Shown here piece after piece: positions 1 through 13,819 of a DNA stretch of 64,000 bases. Location of the stretch: the NCBI RefSeq assembly GCF_006345805.1, contig NC_043009.1:27962001-28026000 (forward strand), given 5' to 3'. Within the stretch, counting starts at the first letter, position 1; each line of letters begins with the position of its first letter. Below the pieces are notes generated by a model that was not told the origin of the DNA, searched no databases, and saw only the letters and a list, made by a program, of their open reading frames with translations. The DNA comes from Octopus sinensis (Eukaryota). The translations under genes and the position numbers were made by a program.

Positions 1-54
1 TAGTTATGTATGTAAAAATATGAATTCAATTATTGGAGATTTAATTATTGGTGA

Positions 55-800
55 AAGGCCAGCAACTTTGGGGGAGGGAGTAAGTTGATTACATCGACCT
101 CCAGTACTCAACTGGTATTCATTTTACCAACCCTGAGAGGGACGAGAAGTAAAGTTCACTCCAGAGGAATTTGAACTCAGGGTGTAAAGATGGATGAAAT
201 GCTGCCAAGTATTTCACCCAGTGTGCTAATGATTTTTTTCTACTCTAGGCACAAGGCCCAAAATTTTGGGGGAGGAGGCCAGTTGATTAGATCGACCCAG
301 TATGCAACTGGTACTTAATTTATCGACCCCAAAGGAATGAAAGGCAAAGTCAACCACAGCAGAACATAAAGACAGATGAAATACCTATTTCTTTACTACC
401 CAGAAGGGGCTAAACACAGAGGGGACAAACACGGACAGACAAACGGATTAAGTCGATTATATCGACCCCAGTGCATGACTGGTACTTATTTAATCAACCC
501 CAAAAGGATGAAAGGCAAAGTCGATCTCAGCAGAATTTGAACTCAGATATGTAGTGGCAGACAAAATACCTATTTTTTTACTACCCACAAGGGGCTAGAC
601 ACAGAGAGGACAAACAAGGACAGACAAACGGATTAAGTCGATTATATCGACCCCAGTGTGTAACTGGTACTTATTTAATTGACCCCAAAAGGATGAAAGG
701 CAAAGTCGACCTCAGCGGAATTTGAACTCAGAACGTAGCGGCAGATGAAATGCCACTAAGCAGTTCACCCGGCATGCTAACGTTTCTGCCAGCTCCCCTT
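55..800 (-). mobile_element. Array of four tRNA-derived SINE copies (family B)
   Basis: Four repeats of ATCGACCCCAGT..AACTGGTACTT..GAAAGGCAAAGTCGAC..GAATTTGAACTCAG. On the minus strand this reads as an A-box-like TGGCAGAAACGTTAG and a B-box GAGTTCAAATTCC. The same repeat recurs about 20 times in the window. Confidence 0.8.
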
Positions 801-2894
801 GCCTTCATTGGAGATTTGAATATTCATTGCCAGCAAAGACACAATACGTTGTTGTCTATTTTTTCAATCTTTGATCACATTGTTTATAGCCGTATCCATT
901 TATGAAACGTGCCTTGCAGTGATGATTCTGAATATTATACAAAATGCATAGAGACAAACTTAAAAGTAGAAATTTAAAAAGGTTTACTTCATAAATACAA
1001 CAACAAGAAATGGCTGTATTTAATTTTCCATTGTTCTCCTCAACACCAACAGAAAGAAAGACTTCAGCAGATCTTGATTGTTTGCATGAAACAGTAATTC
1101 TACACCACATGATATGAGAGTACAAGTTAAATATAGATTTCAATACGGACAATTCTAGATATTGATTTGTAACAGTTTACATGAATGTATTTGTAAAATC
1201 CTACATTGATAAGTCAGATGGATGTAGAAATGTTAAGGAAAATGTATTCTGGTAGTTTCATGATTTTGTGTCAATGGGATGTTGTAAAGTTAAATGCTCA
1301 CAAACAGATAAATGGTTTCCATGCAAGGAAAATCATGTGAAATGTATAAATTTTTACTGGTGGAAATTCTGTTGAGGCTAAGCCAAAGAAATTAACTGCT
1401 TTGAGAGAAAGAAACTGAAATACAAAATAATACCAGATGTATGATGCATACCAGATTAGTTAATCAGAAGTAGAGAGGAAGATGCATGTGTTGAGTAAAT
1501 AACATTATGCCATGTAAAAAAATGAGAAGGAGAATAGACTTTCTGATATCTGTATAAGAAAATTTGCTCCACTGACTGCTAGGCTTCAATAGTCAAAACA
1601 ACACAAGTGACAAAGAACTAATATATTGGGAGCCAGGATAACTTCACAACACAGTGTATGGCAAAAAATATTAACCCCAGCGTTTTGAGAAGTAGTTAAT
1701 ATCCCACAAAGTTAGAGTAGAACCTAAAGGAAATAAACATTTACCAGAATTCTCTCCTTTATTTTTTTTTTACTGAAACAGGGAAAGAAATAAGTAAAAT
1801 GAAAACTCACTAATTTTACAAAAGTATTAAGTATGTAAAATTATTGTCTTAATTATGAAAATCTTTTGAAAAATATGTTCAAAGATTTATCTGCATTTGT
1901 TGAAGATCTTGAAACTGAATTAGGACATGGAACATGAAAGTGAAAATGGTACCAATGGTATGTAGAGTGTTAGGTGGGATGAAACACATGAATAAAAACA
2001 GAGAAGCAACACTGAAGCTTACAGAAGAATTTACTGCCTTAATAAAATGTAATCCTTATTCGTTTACTTTATTTTGAATTAATCATGTATTATCTTGTAG
2101 CTTTGAGATTTCAGTGATGTGACTGTTTAGTTTTAGAATGGCATTTTAGGTTAGGTGTAAGAGGCTGGATATCTGTTCAGTTTGAACATAAACGGATAAA
2201 ATATTTTGGCCTGATATGATTGGTTTAAATGCTAAAGGGTTAATAATTAACTTCACTAGGAACAGTCCACATCTTACCCAAGACATTATTGATTAAATAT
2301 CACAATTGAAACTAAACAATTTTTCCATGCAACAAGTACCTAATAATCTAAAACAACAAAACACATGCAACTTAAACTTGAGAAGATTAAAACCCAACAA
2401 AATCCCACAACACACATGGCACACACCACACACATGGCACACACCACACACAACAAAACAAACATTAATTTAAAGAAATAAAAACTAAAGCCAATTATAA
2501 AATCAACTGATTCAGTACATAAACAAGAGGAGCAGTAACATAGCTGTAGGGGCAGCCCGACCTAGGTGGTACTTTTAAAGAGGTGGGACTTTTAGGTTCA
2601 TTGTAAGCAATGTGTACTTTTTGTGGGGTCTGGGAGTGGAAAATGGAGGGCTGCTCAAGGTGGCACACACACTTTTGCTACACTAGTGAAGAGGAGTCTA
2701 TACTGCCCCCCCACGCAGTTTCCATGGAAAGAAGAACATGCAATATGGCATGCGTCTGGCGAAAACAGAAGTGCAACAGGTGACACTGTAGGAATGTGCA
2801 TGAAATCATTGAAGAAATACTGATGGAAATTCTTTCGTGATTAGGTAAAAGGGCTGAAATTCTAGTGGGAGATTCTTGTCACTTGCATTTTTCC

Positions 2895-3065
2895 CAGACT
2901 GGTACTAGACTGGTACTTCATTTTATCAACCCTAAAAATGATGGAGGCCAAAGTTAACCCTGATGCCATTGGAACTCAGAACGTAAAGAGCTGAAAGAAA
3001 GGACACTAAGCCTTTTGTCTGATGTGTTAATGACTCTACCATCTTACCACCTTTTAATGATAAAA
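2895..3065 (-). mobile_element. Degenerate SINE family B
   Basis: GACTGGTACTTCATTTTATCAACCC...GGAACTCAGAACGTAAAGAG matches the family B core. Confidence 0.6.
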
Positions 3066-3442
3066 ATTAAAACAATAATGATGACAACGATGACGATGAT
3101 GGTTACAGAATGGTGTTCTATTTGACAAGGTTAACAGACAGAACAGTAAAGTGAATAATGGAACAGATTATGCTATAAAGCCGAAGCAACATTTTGCAAT
3201 GGCATCAAGATTGGCAAGATTGGTAAACATCCAAAAGCTATAAAATCTGTTTAATGCCAGTGGATTTTAGCCATATTGTATGATGTCAGAGACATTTTGG
3301 AAGGTAAAGAACATGCGTTGGAGGATGTTAGATTTGGTCAGTGATTGAAGACTAGACCTTATCTCTACACAAGGTAATCTGTAATACAGGTTGAAAGAAG
3401 TTGATAAGAGCTTGGTTGGAGAGAGGAAATGAGAGAGTGAGT

Positions 3443-3473
<31 letters not shown>

Positions 3474-4004
3474 GTAGATGGAGAGAAACGGGCAGTCAGA
3501 GAGAGAGAGTGAGAGAGACAAGCAGATGGAGGGAGGCAGACAGAGAGAGAGAGAGAGAGAGAGACTCCTATCCTCTCAAAGAATTAAGAATTAAAGGGAT
3601 AATTTTGTGGATTTATGAAGTTACAGTCAAATCAAAAGGCCCCGTTATTACTTTTGAGTTCATAAGTCTTAGTTATGGAACTGCATTTCCAAAGCAGCTC
3701 TACACGCAATTTAAAACACATCTTTCACAGAACCACTCTTTTGATAATCACCAGATACAAAAATTGCTGGGCCTCTTCTTCCTAAAAAAGTGGGTTCATA
3801 GGAAGATCTTTATAAAAGGACTTAGCTGGTAGCTGGGTCTGTCTTATCTCCAGTGATAGACATGGCATGGTTACTTTTAAGTTGGAGAGCAGGTTAATAA
3901 AAATTAGTATTAGTATATTAGGACACAGAAGAGATGGTAAAACAATTTATTAATGTCTACACTTTAAAATTGACATATTTAAATATAAATAATATTGGTT
4001 TCTA

Positions 4005-4600
4005 ATTTTAGCACAAAGCAGCAATTTCGGGGTGTGGGTAAGTTGATTATATCGACCCCAGTATTCAACTGGTACTTATTTTATCTACCCTGAAAGTATG
4101 AAAGGTAAAGTCAACCTCGGTGGAATTTGAACTCAGAACATAAAAACAGACAAAAATACTACTAAGCATTTTGTCCAGGACAGTAATGATTCTGCCAGCT
4201 CAGTGCTTTATAAATACAAGTGATTTTGGTTTCAATATTTGACATAAGGCCAGCAATTTTAGAGGTGGGGCTAACCCAGTGCACAATTGGTGTTTATTTC
4301 ATCAACCCTGAGTGAAATTTGAACTCAGAACATAAAGACAGATAAATGAAATGGCTTGCTAGTGACTCTGCCAGTTCACCACCTTACTTTCATATTAATA
4401 TTATTTTCAAATTTTGGCACAAGACCAGCATTTTCAGGGGTGCGTTTAAGTTGATTTCATCAACCCCAGCGTTCAATGGTATTTATTTTATTGACCCTGA
4501 AAGGACAAAGGGTAAAGTCGACCTTGGTGACTTTTTAACTTAGTACTGCTGTTAAGCATGTTTCCTGGAGCCCTAATAATTCTGCCAGCTCCCTGTCTTA
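4005..4600 (-). mobile_element. Three adjacent SINE family B copies
   Basis: Family B core repeated at about 4010, 4240 and 4410, each ending in TTCTGCCAG(C/T)TC. Confidence 0.7.
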
Positions 4601-4789
4601 TAAATGTAATTTATATTAAAAGATGATATTGACTAACCATACCCCAACAAAATGCAAAACTGCTCTGCATCCATTCCTTGAATTATTCCATGATTTGAAA
4701 GTTTGGAAGGCTTTGATTAAAATTCACCAGGAACATTTAATAAAAAATCAATTATACAATGTTATTCTAAGAGAGAAAATCTGTTGTAA

Positions 4790-7330
4790 TTATAATACTT
4801 TAATATTCCAACCAATATGCTATCTAACCAGCCAGAATCTACCAAAATTCTGTTGCTTATTCACATTTTGGGAAGTAAATTCTGCTGAAACTGCAATCAG
4901 ATTTACTTTGTTTCACCATTCTTTATGGTACAGAAGTATAGTCAGAGAATTTAATGTCTCTTGTGTCATTCTTGACCGAAGACATGTCTTTAATCGCTTT
5001 GCTAGAGAAAATGTTCATTCAACCATAGCAGATGTTACAGGATTTACCAGTTAAAGTTGGCAAATTCTACAAATCTCTCATATTAGGTGTCTGTCATGGG
5101 TTGCATTTCAAGGAAATGGTCTTCATTGTTATCCAAACAATAAACAAAGGTCTCTTTCATAGGAATTTCAAATGCCAGAAATGTCATCGGCATATCTTTC
5201 CTTAATAAAATTGGTTCCTGATGAGGAGTCTTTTTCTCTTTGTTGATTGCCTTTAGAATCAATGTTTCCCAGCCTTAAATATTACCTTGTATCTCGTTTG
5301 ATCAAAGCACTGGACAATAGAAGAGATTATTCTAACTACAACCTCAAAATAAAACACATATCTGTAATAGCTTGGCGCTACCAACGGAAACGCACTTTCA
5401 CCAATTTCCCGTTTCAGTTTTTCTAGGGGTCCTTTTGCTTCTATGGGAATACAAGTTCAGAGAAGAAATGGTACATCCATGCCTCCTGCACAACGTAATC
5501 ACCGAGGGTTTCAAATGAAACACCATCCTACTTATCTCTCAAAACTTGTTGAGGAATTTCCATCTTCCTCTGTAGCTCTGTTGATCACATTAAAATTATC
5601 TTTATGTAAGTACGATTGCTGCCCAAGGTTTAGTCTAAATAAGAAGTAAAAGTTTCCATTTGAGACTGGCATCCAGTTATGCAGCTCTGCACAATGGCAT
5701 CCAATTGTAACTATGTACATTCTTGCCTGCACTCATAAAGAATTGAACAACTACAAAGAATTTGTTTAAAGCAAGCAATTTGTACTCTCCATTGGATTAC
5801 ACTAAAAGTTATGATACTCAGTGGCTTTGAGTGTTATAACATGGAGTGTATGGATCATCCACCATGACCATGTTAAATGTGTGTATTTGCTGTATTTAAT
5901 GTTTAACGATATTTAAGATACTTAAATAGGTGGCGATATTTAAGATACTGCAATAGGGTGGCGAAAATCCATGCTATACCACCGAAAATACATGCAAGTG
6001 TCCATGTGTTTCAGACTTTTCTACATTATCTTTCAACTCCTCTCATAAAGTTTCTCTCCTTTGATCTGAATAAAAATCTTCTTATTCATGACATCTGAAA
6101 GTATCTTACCTTGCATTGTAGTTTTCTTCACACTCAGACTTAAAGAATATCTTTGACAACTGAAGGCTTTTGATTTCACTTGAAGTTCTTCGAAGCATTT
6201 GGCAACTCTAAATTTTTTCCTGAAGGCTGCAGCTTAATACATCAAAGTATATTTCTCTGTAATTGCATCTATGTAGTTGCAGTCTTGTGAGTGCATCCAT
6301 CATGATTGAAAATATTTCTGAAGGTTTTTATGTCTGGCAAATATTAAAGTTCCAGAAATTCTTCATTGATCACCAAGAAATTATCAAACTAGTGAAAACA
6401 TAAAGTTGTTTGTTGGATGCATTAAAAAGAAAAGTTTGTACCTACTTCAGCTTGTAAGTCTCTCATATTGAAACCAGGGATTATAAAACAGAGTTTTCAT
6501 TCCCATTTAAATGTGGATGTTCTGTAAGAACAGGTTACAGGTAAGTTCACTGCCATCAATCCACTGTGAAGAAAGTTCACCACAAGGAAAGTTTACTGAG
6601 AAAATATATCCAATTAGCATCTCACCATTAATAGTTAAAAACTATTTTATTGAAAACAAAAACAGTGAATTGATGAGGGTGAACTTTTCCTGTGGTGAAT
6701 TAATGATGCTGGATTTACGGGACATGATTAAAACAAGTTATACTGTGGTAGATACCACGAGAGCAACTCTGATATTAGCTTTTGGTACAAAATACACTTT
6801 TGTTTATGTCACTAGTGGAGAGATAAATTCTGCCATCTCCAGCACTGAGACCACCTGATCATATGATTTCAACATTACTTGGTCTTGTCAATGATGGGCA
6901 CTTGCTAGAGATAGCAGTGACTAGTCTCTCTGGCAACAGTATATAGAAAAACAGTGCCAGTACAGGCACCAGTATCTCGATAAACCAGCGAGTTTGTTAT
7001 AAACAGAATTTATTTTGCATATCGTGGCACAGATATCTGTTGGTGCCAAATTTGTTGATCCATCTCAGAGGAGTGGAAACATCTTTCCTTTTCAATGGCA
7101 CTAGGTTTTGCTATCCAGAGGATGCTTCATATTTTCATTCATGGCTTTTTTGTTTTGGTAAAAGAAGGCAACATTTTGGTAAATTCTTACCATGCATTTA
7201 TGATTTCTTTGCTTGTTTTCTTGTGAGTTCAACCAACAATTCTCTGGCATCATTATATTTAAAGAATCAGCACTTTGGTTCCATAGTAGTGCAGTGGCAT
7301 TGAGACAGTCAATGTTTCCCAAAGCATGCA
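4790..7330 (-). pseudogene. Decayed hAT-superfamily transposase (ZMYM1/Tip100-like)
   Basis: Minus-strand translation of 5060-4830 gives LVNPVTSAMVE*TFSLAKRLKTCLRSRMTQETLNSLTILLYHKEW*NKVNLIAVSAEFTSQNVNKQQNFGRF, the hAT C-terminal dimerisation motif. FSIMMD at about 6310 lies roughly 490 codons upstream, the expected spacing for the first catalytic Asp. Many stops and frameshifts; the upstream boundary is uncertain and no TIRs were found. Confidence 0.75.
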
Positions 7331-7832
7331 TTTTTTCAAATTACAAAATTGTTTTATGAAAACGTGTTTCTTGTAACAGAAATATGGTTTTGAATTGTCA
7401 TTACTCACAGCAAGCGTGGGTCTAGGTTAGAATTGTTTGTTGCTTGTGTACCTGTTGCTGTTTGATAATTTTATTAAACACTGCCATTTTGAAATAAAAG
7501 TGAGACGATTTCTGATCGAACATTTAACACAGTAATTTATTATATGAAAACCAATAAATTAAAGAATTTAACCCTTTTCTGGTTTATAGTATCGAGGATC
7601 AATTAAATTAATTAGCATCTAAGATATAATGTAATAAACCTAATACATCTTTTTTTTCTTTTTTGCATTCACTTCATCAAAACATGGTTTAGTGATTCAG
7701 CATTTTTAATCTTGCATTCTAACTGAAGGATTTCCATTTCAGTACCACTGCAAGGAACTTTTGGAAAGAATCATCTCCTTTAGCTCAAAGCTGATCAAAA
7801 CCTGAGTGGATTTCATAGACAGAAACTGAAAA

Positions 7833-8180
7833 AGTTCAGTTCCCACTGCAGTTCAATCCCATTGCATGGCACCTTGGCAAGTGTCTTCTACTGTAACCTC
7901 GGGCCAACCAAAGCCTTGTGAGTAGATCTGGTAGACGGAAACTGAAAGAAGCCTGTCGTATATAAATGTGTGTGTGTGTGTCTGTGTGTGTGTATGCTTG
8001 TGTGTGACCCCCCACCCAACATCACTTGACAACCGATGGTGGTGTGCTTTCGTCCCTGTAACGTGGTGGTTCGGCAAAAGAAGCTGATAGAATAAATACT
8101 AGGCTTGCAAAGAATAAGTCCTGGGGTCGATTTTCTCAACAAAAGGCAGTGCTCCAGCATGGCTGCAGTCAAAATGACTG
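7833..8180 (+). mobile_element. tRNA-derived SINE family A (long form)
   Basis: GTTCAATCCCATTGCATGGCACCTTGGCAAGTGTCTTCTAC...AAAGCCTTGTGAGTAGAT...GAAACTGAAAGAAGCC, followed by the family tail GCTCCAGCATGGCTGCAGTC. Confidence 0.75.
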
Positions 8181-8189
8181 AAACAAGTA

Positions 8190-8304
8190 AAAGAAGAATA
8201 TATATATTATATATATATATATATACATATATACATATATATATATATATACACATATACATATGTATATATATATACATATATATACATATATATACAT
8301 ATTA

Positions 8305-8336
<32 letters not shown>

Positions 8337-8417
8337 CATATATATACATATATATACATATATATATACATACATACATATATATATATATATACACACA
8401 CACATATATATACACAC

Positions 8418-8487
<70 letters not shown>
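8190..8487. repeat. Compound (TA)n/(CA)n microsatellite
   Basis: Directly visible; one of many such tracts. Confidence 0.95.
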
Positions 8488-8490
<3 letters not shown>

Positions 8491-8625
8491 AAAAAAGGAG
8501 ATGTCGAACACGAGTGGTGATATATAAAAAAGGAAATGAAGAAAATGCTGACAAATAATTGAAGTAATTTAAGTAATTTAATTAGGTGAAAGTTCTTTTA
8601 CCGGTTGCACATTTGTTATGCTTAT

Positions 8626-8668
<43 letters not shown>

Positions 8669-8718
8669 AGATAAGAAAATGGAGAAATACATCTACATTT
8701 ACAACCCCTATCTCAATT

Positions 8719-8771
<53 letters not shown>

Positions 8772-8773
<2 letters not shown>

Positions 8774-8940
8774 AGGCACAGGAGTGGCTGTATGGTAAGT
8801 AGCTTGCTTACCAGCCACATGGTCCTGGGTTCAGTCCCACTGTGTGGAACCTTGGGCAAGTGTCTTCTTCTATAGCCTTGGGCTGACCAAAGCCTTGTGA
8901 GTGGATTTGGTAGGCAGAAACTGAAAGAAGCCTGTCATAT
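8772..8940 (+). mobile_element. tRNA-derived SINE family A
   Basis: A-box-like TGGCTGTATGGTAAG, B-box-like GGTTCAGTCCC, then CCTTGGGCAAGTGTCTTC and AAAGCCTTGTGAGTGGATTTGGTAG. Confidence 0.85.
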
Positions 8941-9395
8941 ATAATACCAATCAAATGATCCGTTTGATTAAGTTGACATTTCTATTTTGCCCAGATTTGA
9001 GCCATTCTACCAATATCAGGAGAGTCATAATTACTATTCTAGCTTCGCGAATTGAAATATTTTGAGTCATTTAAATTCTTTTTAAAGAAAATATAAGATT
9101 TTGTAAGATCTATATCAAAAGGGAGCAAATTATTGAATTTTAGTGGGGACAATAATAATAATAAGTCACAGTAGTAGTAGTAGTAGTAGTAGTAGTAGAT
9201 GATGATGAGGAGGAGGATAATAATATCATAGTTATTTTGAAACATTCATTCTTTAAAAAAATTTTCTAAATAAAAATAAAAATGAAAAGAAAGTGAATTA
9301 AAAATAAAATTAATCATTATACAAAGAGAATAATGAAATATTTTTCTCTTTGTATTCAAAAACGTATTCTTGTAATTGGTTTATTGAAAACTGGA

Positions 9396-9458
<63 letters not shown>

Positions 9459-9485
9459 TTATTATTATTATTATTATTATTATTG
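9396..9485. repeat. (ATT)n microsatellite
   Basis: Directly visible. Confidence 0.95.
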
Positions 9486-10962
9486 TTTTTCACATGTTTG
9501 TTGTGTTTCTTGTTGTTCTGGTTATTGTCGTGGTTGTTATTGATGTCATTATTGCCACTGTCATCACAGTTGTCATTGCTGTTGTTGTTGTTGTTCATAT
9601 TTTTACTATAATTAATATTGTTGTTTTGTTATTATTACAATCATCTTCCTCGTTATTATTACTAAAAAGAAAATACAGCATAATTTTCTAAAATATTCTG
9701 TATTTCATATTTGAGTGATGTAATTAGTATATAGCTGGTTGAAAATACCAAAATAAATAAATAAATAATAATAATAATAATAATAATGATAATAAATAAT
9801 AAATAAAGACTAACAAAAAACATCCCGCAAATAGAAAAATTCTCAATAATCTCCAGTTATTTATTTCAATATCTGTGAGAAACTTTCCATATGATGCATA
9901 TTTTACGATACATGCATTTTGATTTGTTTGCAGTTAGTGCAATGCAAATTTCAAGCAATTATTTGAATTTAATACAAATGAGGTACGCATCGATATAATT
10001 TCAAATTAGTTTTATAAAAAAAAAACAACAACAAAACAATAGAAATGATATGAGAACCATTCATTTCACACTTTCAATATTTAATAATTGCGTTTCATCA
10101 TCAACATTATCGTCAAGGGCAACAGGATTGTTGTTATGCCTCATTGATCTGTGTGTCAAAGATCTTCTCACATATGAGTGATAATGACCAAGTAACGGAC
10201 CAATTGGCTACTTAGCTGCGTGGGAGAGCCCCCATCCTATTGTTAATGCTATATGAAGCTTTGGTATGCAGGCTTGCGGCTTAATGGCTAAAGCATTCAG
10301 CTCAATATTGTAAGGACATGAGTTAGTTTCCTGGCACCCAACTGGTGAAAACAAGTTGTAACTGTAATTTAAAAGGAGCAAGCTTTACCATATTCTGTGT
10401 CATGTTGAATCTCTCTGAGAACAGTGTTAAGGGTATGCATGTCTTTGGAATGCTCAGCAACTTGCAGATTAATTTCATGAGCAAGCAGTTCCATGGTTCG
10501 AATTAATTGGGATCCTTGACATGATAACTGATGGAATGCCAGTTATGAAGCTTTGGAAACGACATTGAAAATGAAAATGGAAAAAAGTTCTCTACTCTGC
10601 TTAGGTGGAAATGCAGGTTCGAGTAGCGGCACAATACTCTTCCCCTCCTTTTCCCCCCTCCTCCTCCTCCCCACCCTTTCCACTTCTTCCCCACGCCCTC
10701 TTCCCTTTCTGCTTCTTCCTCCTCCATTTTCTCTCTCCACTTCCTTCTCTTCCTCTTCTTCTTTCACCACCAGCAATTTGAAATAACCCACTTTCCTCGG
10801 ATGACCTTATAGGTTTTCAACAGACAGGTTACTCCATTATAATTTTTTATCAAAATTTTTCATTGAAAATAGATAAAAGAATTACATGCTTATTACTATT
10901 ATTGTAGCAGAATGAATTTTGGGAGAAAATACCCAAAGCCTTCATCATGCTACAATAATACC

Positions 10963-12706
10963 TCATGGACGAATGACAGGGACCTTTTCTTTGTGGCTGG
11001 TGACTTCAATGGACATGTTGGACAACATACAGGGAGCTTCCATAGAGCACATGGAGGCTATGGTTTTGGTTCCTGCAATGAGGAGGGAACCAGCCTGCTG
11101 GAGTTCTGCAATGCAAATGATCTTATGGTTTGCAATACCAGCTTCAGAAAACCTGCCAGTCAACTAGTCACCTACCGTTCTGGCAGACACACTAGCCAAA
11201 TTGACTACATCCTTGCCAGAAAAAGGGAAAGTTGGCTGCTTATAAATGCCAAAACCTTCCCACAACATAGACTTGTACCCCACAACATAGAATGTACCCC
11301 ACAACATAGACTTGTAATTAGTGACTTCAGGATCAGGGCTAAATGGATGCCCAAAAGACGACCAGCATGGAGGAGAAGGGTCTGGACAGAGATTTAGAGA
11401 CGTATTACTCGAAGCCTTTGACGAAATAGAAAGGGATATAGCTTCACACGATGTGGAAGACAACTGGAGGTTTCTTATTTCTTCATTGCCCACAAGGGAC
11501 TAAACATAGAGGGGACAAACAAGGACAGACAAAGGGATTAAGTCGATTACATCGACCCCAGTGCATAACTGGTACTTAATTTATCGACCCCGAAAGGATG
11601 AAAGGCAAAGTCGACCTTGGCGGAATTTGAACTCAGAATGTAACAGCAGACGAAATACTGCTAAGCATTTCGCCCGGTGTGCTAATGTTTCTGCCAGCTC
11701 GCCATCTGAAGGTTTCTATGGGACAACCTGCTGAGGGCCACTCACCAGATCTGGGGATGGTGTAAAGTCCCCTCTCAACCCAAGATAATGTGGTGGTGGA
11801 ACAATGTTGTTGACAGGGCTATTAGAGAAAAGAAACAGGCTTGAAAGGACTGGAAGGACGATGGTGGAAGGGAATTGTATCAGACTGCCAGAAGGGAAGC
11901 TAGGAGACATGTTTATTTAGCCAGGGGGAAGCAGAGAAGAAAAAATTTGCCTATGTTCTGAGCCGTGAGTACCAAAGTCTTGAGGTATTTCATGTTGCAA
12001 GACAGTATGTGATAGAGAATTGTGATGTCATTGGAGAGAAATGTGTCAGCATGGATTATGGTTCACTTGCACTAAATGAGGCTGCAAAGAGAGTGGTTTG
12101 GAGATGCCACTATGAAAGGTTGCTCAATAAAAAGAATGAATGAGACAAAGAGAGTCTGCCGAATGTCGATCCAACAGAGGGACCAGCTATCTGAGTTGAC
12201 AGTACCTTGGTAGATAGAGCAATTAAGAGTATGAAGACAGAGAAAGCCCCCAGCCCACCAGCAATCACTATAGAGATGCTCAAAATATCTGGCGGTTTTG
12301 GCTATAGCCTAGTCACCCATATAGTTAATCAGGTGATACACAAAGGAGTCATACCCAATGACTGGTGTAACCACACCATAGTCAACTCCTACAAAGGTAA
12401 AGGTGATGTTTTAGATACAAATAATTACAGAGGTATCAAGCTGTTGGATCAAGTAATGAAGGTCATGGAGAGGGTCATAGCCCAACTAATTATGGAGTGA
12501 GTCAGTTTAGATGAGATGCAGTTTGGGTTCGTGCCAGGTAAAAGCACCACTGATGCTATATTTCTGGTAAGACAGTTGCAGGAGAAATACCTAGCCAAAG
12601 ATAAACCTCTGTATCTGGCTTTCATTGACATGGAGAAAGCCTTGGACAGGGTCCTCCAATCCCTTATCTGGTGGTCAATGAGGAAACTAGGGATAGATGA
12701 ATGGTT
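10963..12706 (+). mobile_element. Partial RTE-clade LINE (APE endonuclease plus N-terminal RT), disrupted
   Basis: Endonuclease motifs AGDFNGHVG and SQIDYIL (ORF 10912-11397). RT motifs KGKGD..NYRGIKLL, QFGFVPGKSTTDAIF and AFIDMEKALDRV (12207-12706). Truncated at both ends and interrupted by a SINE. Confidence 0.9.
11476..11709 (-). mobile_element. SINE family B inserted in the RTE, with an 8-bp target-site duplication
   Basis: AGGTTTCT at 11468-11475 and at 11710-11717. Removing the insert restores the RTE reading NWRFLWDNLLRA. Confidence 0.9.
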
Positions 12707-13149
12707 AGGGAAAAGTAGTGAGGAATTATGCCTACCTAATCTACAAACAAATAAAATAAGTTGCATTCTATGCACAAGTAATCAGACTAACTTTCATAAT
12801 TTTATTGAATTAGGTGTATATTTTGCCATAAATGGAAAATGTTACTATCGATCTATTTTATTCAAGCAGGCACTACCTATCTTGCCTACCTAGGTGGTAC
12901 GTCCCTGGTATATACATACATACATATATATACATACACATACACACAAACACACACACACAGACACACACAAACGCACATACATATATATATACACACA
13001 CATGGAGTAGAACCTCGATTTTAAAACAACTGGGATCACGAATAAATCATACTTTATCTCCTGTCTTTCTCATATTCATTTGATACAGTAGTATCAAATG
13101 CCTCTGATCACAAATAAATTGTGCTTTATACATATCTATCTACCTATCA

Positions 13150-13264
<115 letters not shown>

Positions 13265-13404
13265 TATTTAAATTTAAAATGAGGGTGAGAAATTAGATAT
13301 TAATTTAATTAACATCGATTTTTCTTGAGAACATTTCTTAGTGGTAAGACCATAGTGGATCTATTTCTAGTATAAGGGTGTCCACATAGTGGTTTCCCTC
13401 TAAT

Positions 13405-13446
<42 letters not shown>

Positions 13447-13450
13447 TATA

Positions 13451-13634
13451 CTTTATTTTAAAGCAGCAGAAATATAACAAAAGTTGTTACTCAGAGTTTC
13501 GCGTTCCTGTTTGTCAGACAGTTTTGTTAATCATTAACGTTGTCAATATTGATGTTAACAAAACTGCCCAACAAACGGGAACATGAGACTCTAAGCAACA
13601 GCTTTTGTTATATTTCTGCTGCTTTTAAATAAAG
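13451..13634. mobile_element. Fold-back MITE-like palindrome
   Basis: Arms 13451-13530 (CTTTATTTTAAAGCAGCAGAAATATAACAAAAG...) and 13555-13634 (...CTTTTGTTATATTTCTGCTGCTTTTAAATAAAG) are reverse complements with a few mismatches. Confidence 0.75.
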
Positions 13635-13711
13635 CATATTACTCTACCTCTGGTATTTGAGTACTCTTTTTTCCACCTTGTTTCACATTTATGTGCTTAC
13701 TCTGGTGTATT

Positions 13712-13775
13712 ACCTTGGTTTTCAAACAACTCTGATCATGATTAAAACAGGCTTTTTATATATATATATATATAT

Positions 13776-13819
<44 letters not shown>

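Noticed and set aside
55-800. CRISPR-like regularly spaced repeats
   Set aside because: These are SINE copies of variable length in a eukaryotic context, with no unique equal-length spacers and no cas genes.
856-1152. 98-aa minus-strand ORF
   Set aside because: No recognisable domain; it can be parsed into exons several incompatible ways.
3401-3832. 143-aa plus-strand ORF
   Set aside because: The N-terminal third is a (GA)n tract and the remainder has no recognisable similarity or start context.
8105-8554. ORFs of the [12 protein letters not shown] and CVCVCV type throughout the ORF track
   Set aside because: Translations of (TA)n and (CA)n microsatellites that lack stop codons in some frames; not genes.
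8772-8850. tRNA gene
   Set aside because: A and B boxes are present, but there is no acceptor stem or cloverleaf and the sequence continues into a SINE body.
9934-9989. Plus-strand exon candidate (CNANFKQLFEFNTNE)
   Set aside because: The splice signals are reasonable, but it is isolated and opposite to the other candidates; indistinguishable from chance without RNA data.
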